Position numbers and translations under genes: made by a program | Part shown: positions 63,500 to 64,000 of the stretch, one piece after another | How the letters are laid out: the number at the start of each line of letters is the position of its first letter | Numbering within the stretch: position 1 is the first letter of the stretch | Notes under the pieces: generated by a model | The model's input: only the letters and a program-made list of their open reading frames with translations | What the model was told of the DNA's origin: nothing | Database searches by the model: none | NCBI GenBank assembly: GCA_012295275.1 | Contig: CM022673.1 | Location: 24,800,001-24,864,000, forward strand | Length of the DNA: 64,000 nucleotides | Direction of reading: 5' to 3' | DNA from: Chrysomallon squamiferum | Taxonomy: Eukaryota; Animalia; Mollusca

Positions 63500-64000
63500 A
63501 AAAAAAAAATGTAAACACAAACCAATAAAGCGAAAAACAAAAAGGCTTTCGTTTCGTGAAATGATAAATTTCACGTTTATCAAGATTATTAATTAAATGG
63601 TTAAATAAAGTGGGTTTTTTTCTATGAAATAGATTTACAGGATTACAATTTACAGGCTGAGAACCAGAACACAATCTGTGAAAACATTCTTCAAGTACAT
63701 TTATCATTTATGGCTTCCAAACAAAAGATTTTATTTTCATTAAAAAGGAATAATCAAAGAAAGAAAGGCAAAGATTCACAAAACAGAAATAAGAATGAAA
63801 TTAAAAACATCAAAAGTACTAATACTGTCAACATAGAAAACAAAACATTTTTCTTTCTTTTCTTTTTTTTCTTTTTATTATTTTTATTTTTGTTATTATT
63901 ATTATTATTATTATTTTTATTTGTTTATTTTATTTATTTATTTATTTATTTATTATCACTTTTTTTATTATTTATTTATTATTACCACTTCTTTATTATT

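Noticed and set aside
9215-63707. Numerous ORF-track entries rich in poly-F/K, YI, CV, LS or ER runs
   Set aside because: They are translations of homopolymer and dinucleotide microsatellites in introns and intergenic DNA.

Overview
Very AT-rich, microsatellite-rich eukaryotic genomic DNA, probably from an invertebrate (a mollusc-like lophotrochozoan is my inference). Three intron-rich genes were rebuilt by hand from splice sites, reading-frame continuity and recalled similarity to the human proteins. (1) The 5' half of synaptojanin (SYNJ1-like, - strand, ATG 6078): 10 exons encoding the Sac1 domain, running off the left edge. (2) A complete TGFBRAP1/Vps3 gene (CORVET subunit, + strand, 6870-21418, 22 exons, 870 aa), head-to-head with synaptojanin across 791 bp. 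(3) A complete NHERF/EBP50-family scaffold (- strand, 62227-31605, at least 8 coding exons, ~525 aa: PDZ-PDZ-acidic linker-ERM-binding tail). No tRNA, rRNA, CRISPR array or intact transposon was seen, and most ORF-track entries are spurious low-complexity or antisense frames. I cannot demonstrate a new biological system. The most notable signals are: duplicated 'decoy' 3' splice sites in TGFBRAP1; a chain of AUGA-overlapping uORFs; a GC-AG intron with the same junction in each of the two divergent genes; a NHERF linker built from symmetric cassette exons; an orphan CpG-retaining promoter-like patch with exon-like blocks at 25.3-28.1 kb; and a decayed ORF inside NHERF intron 1.
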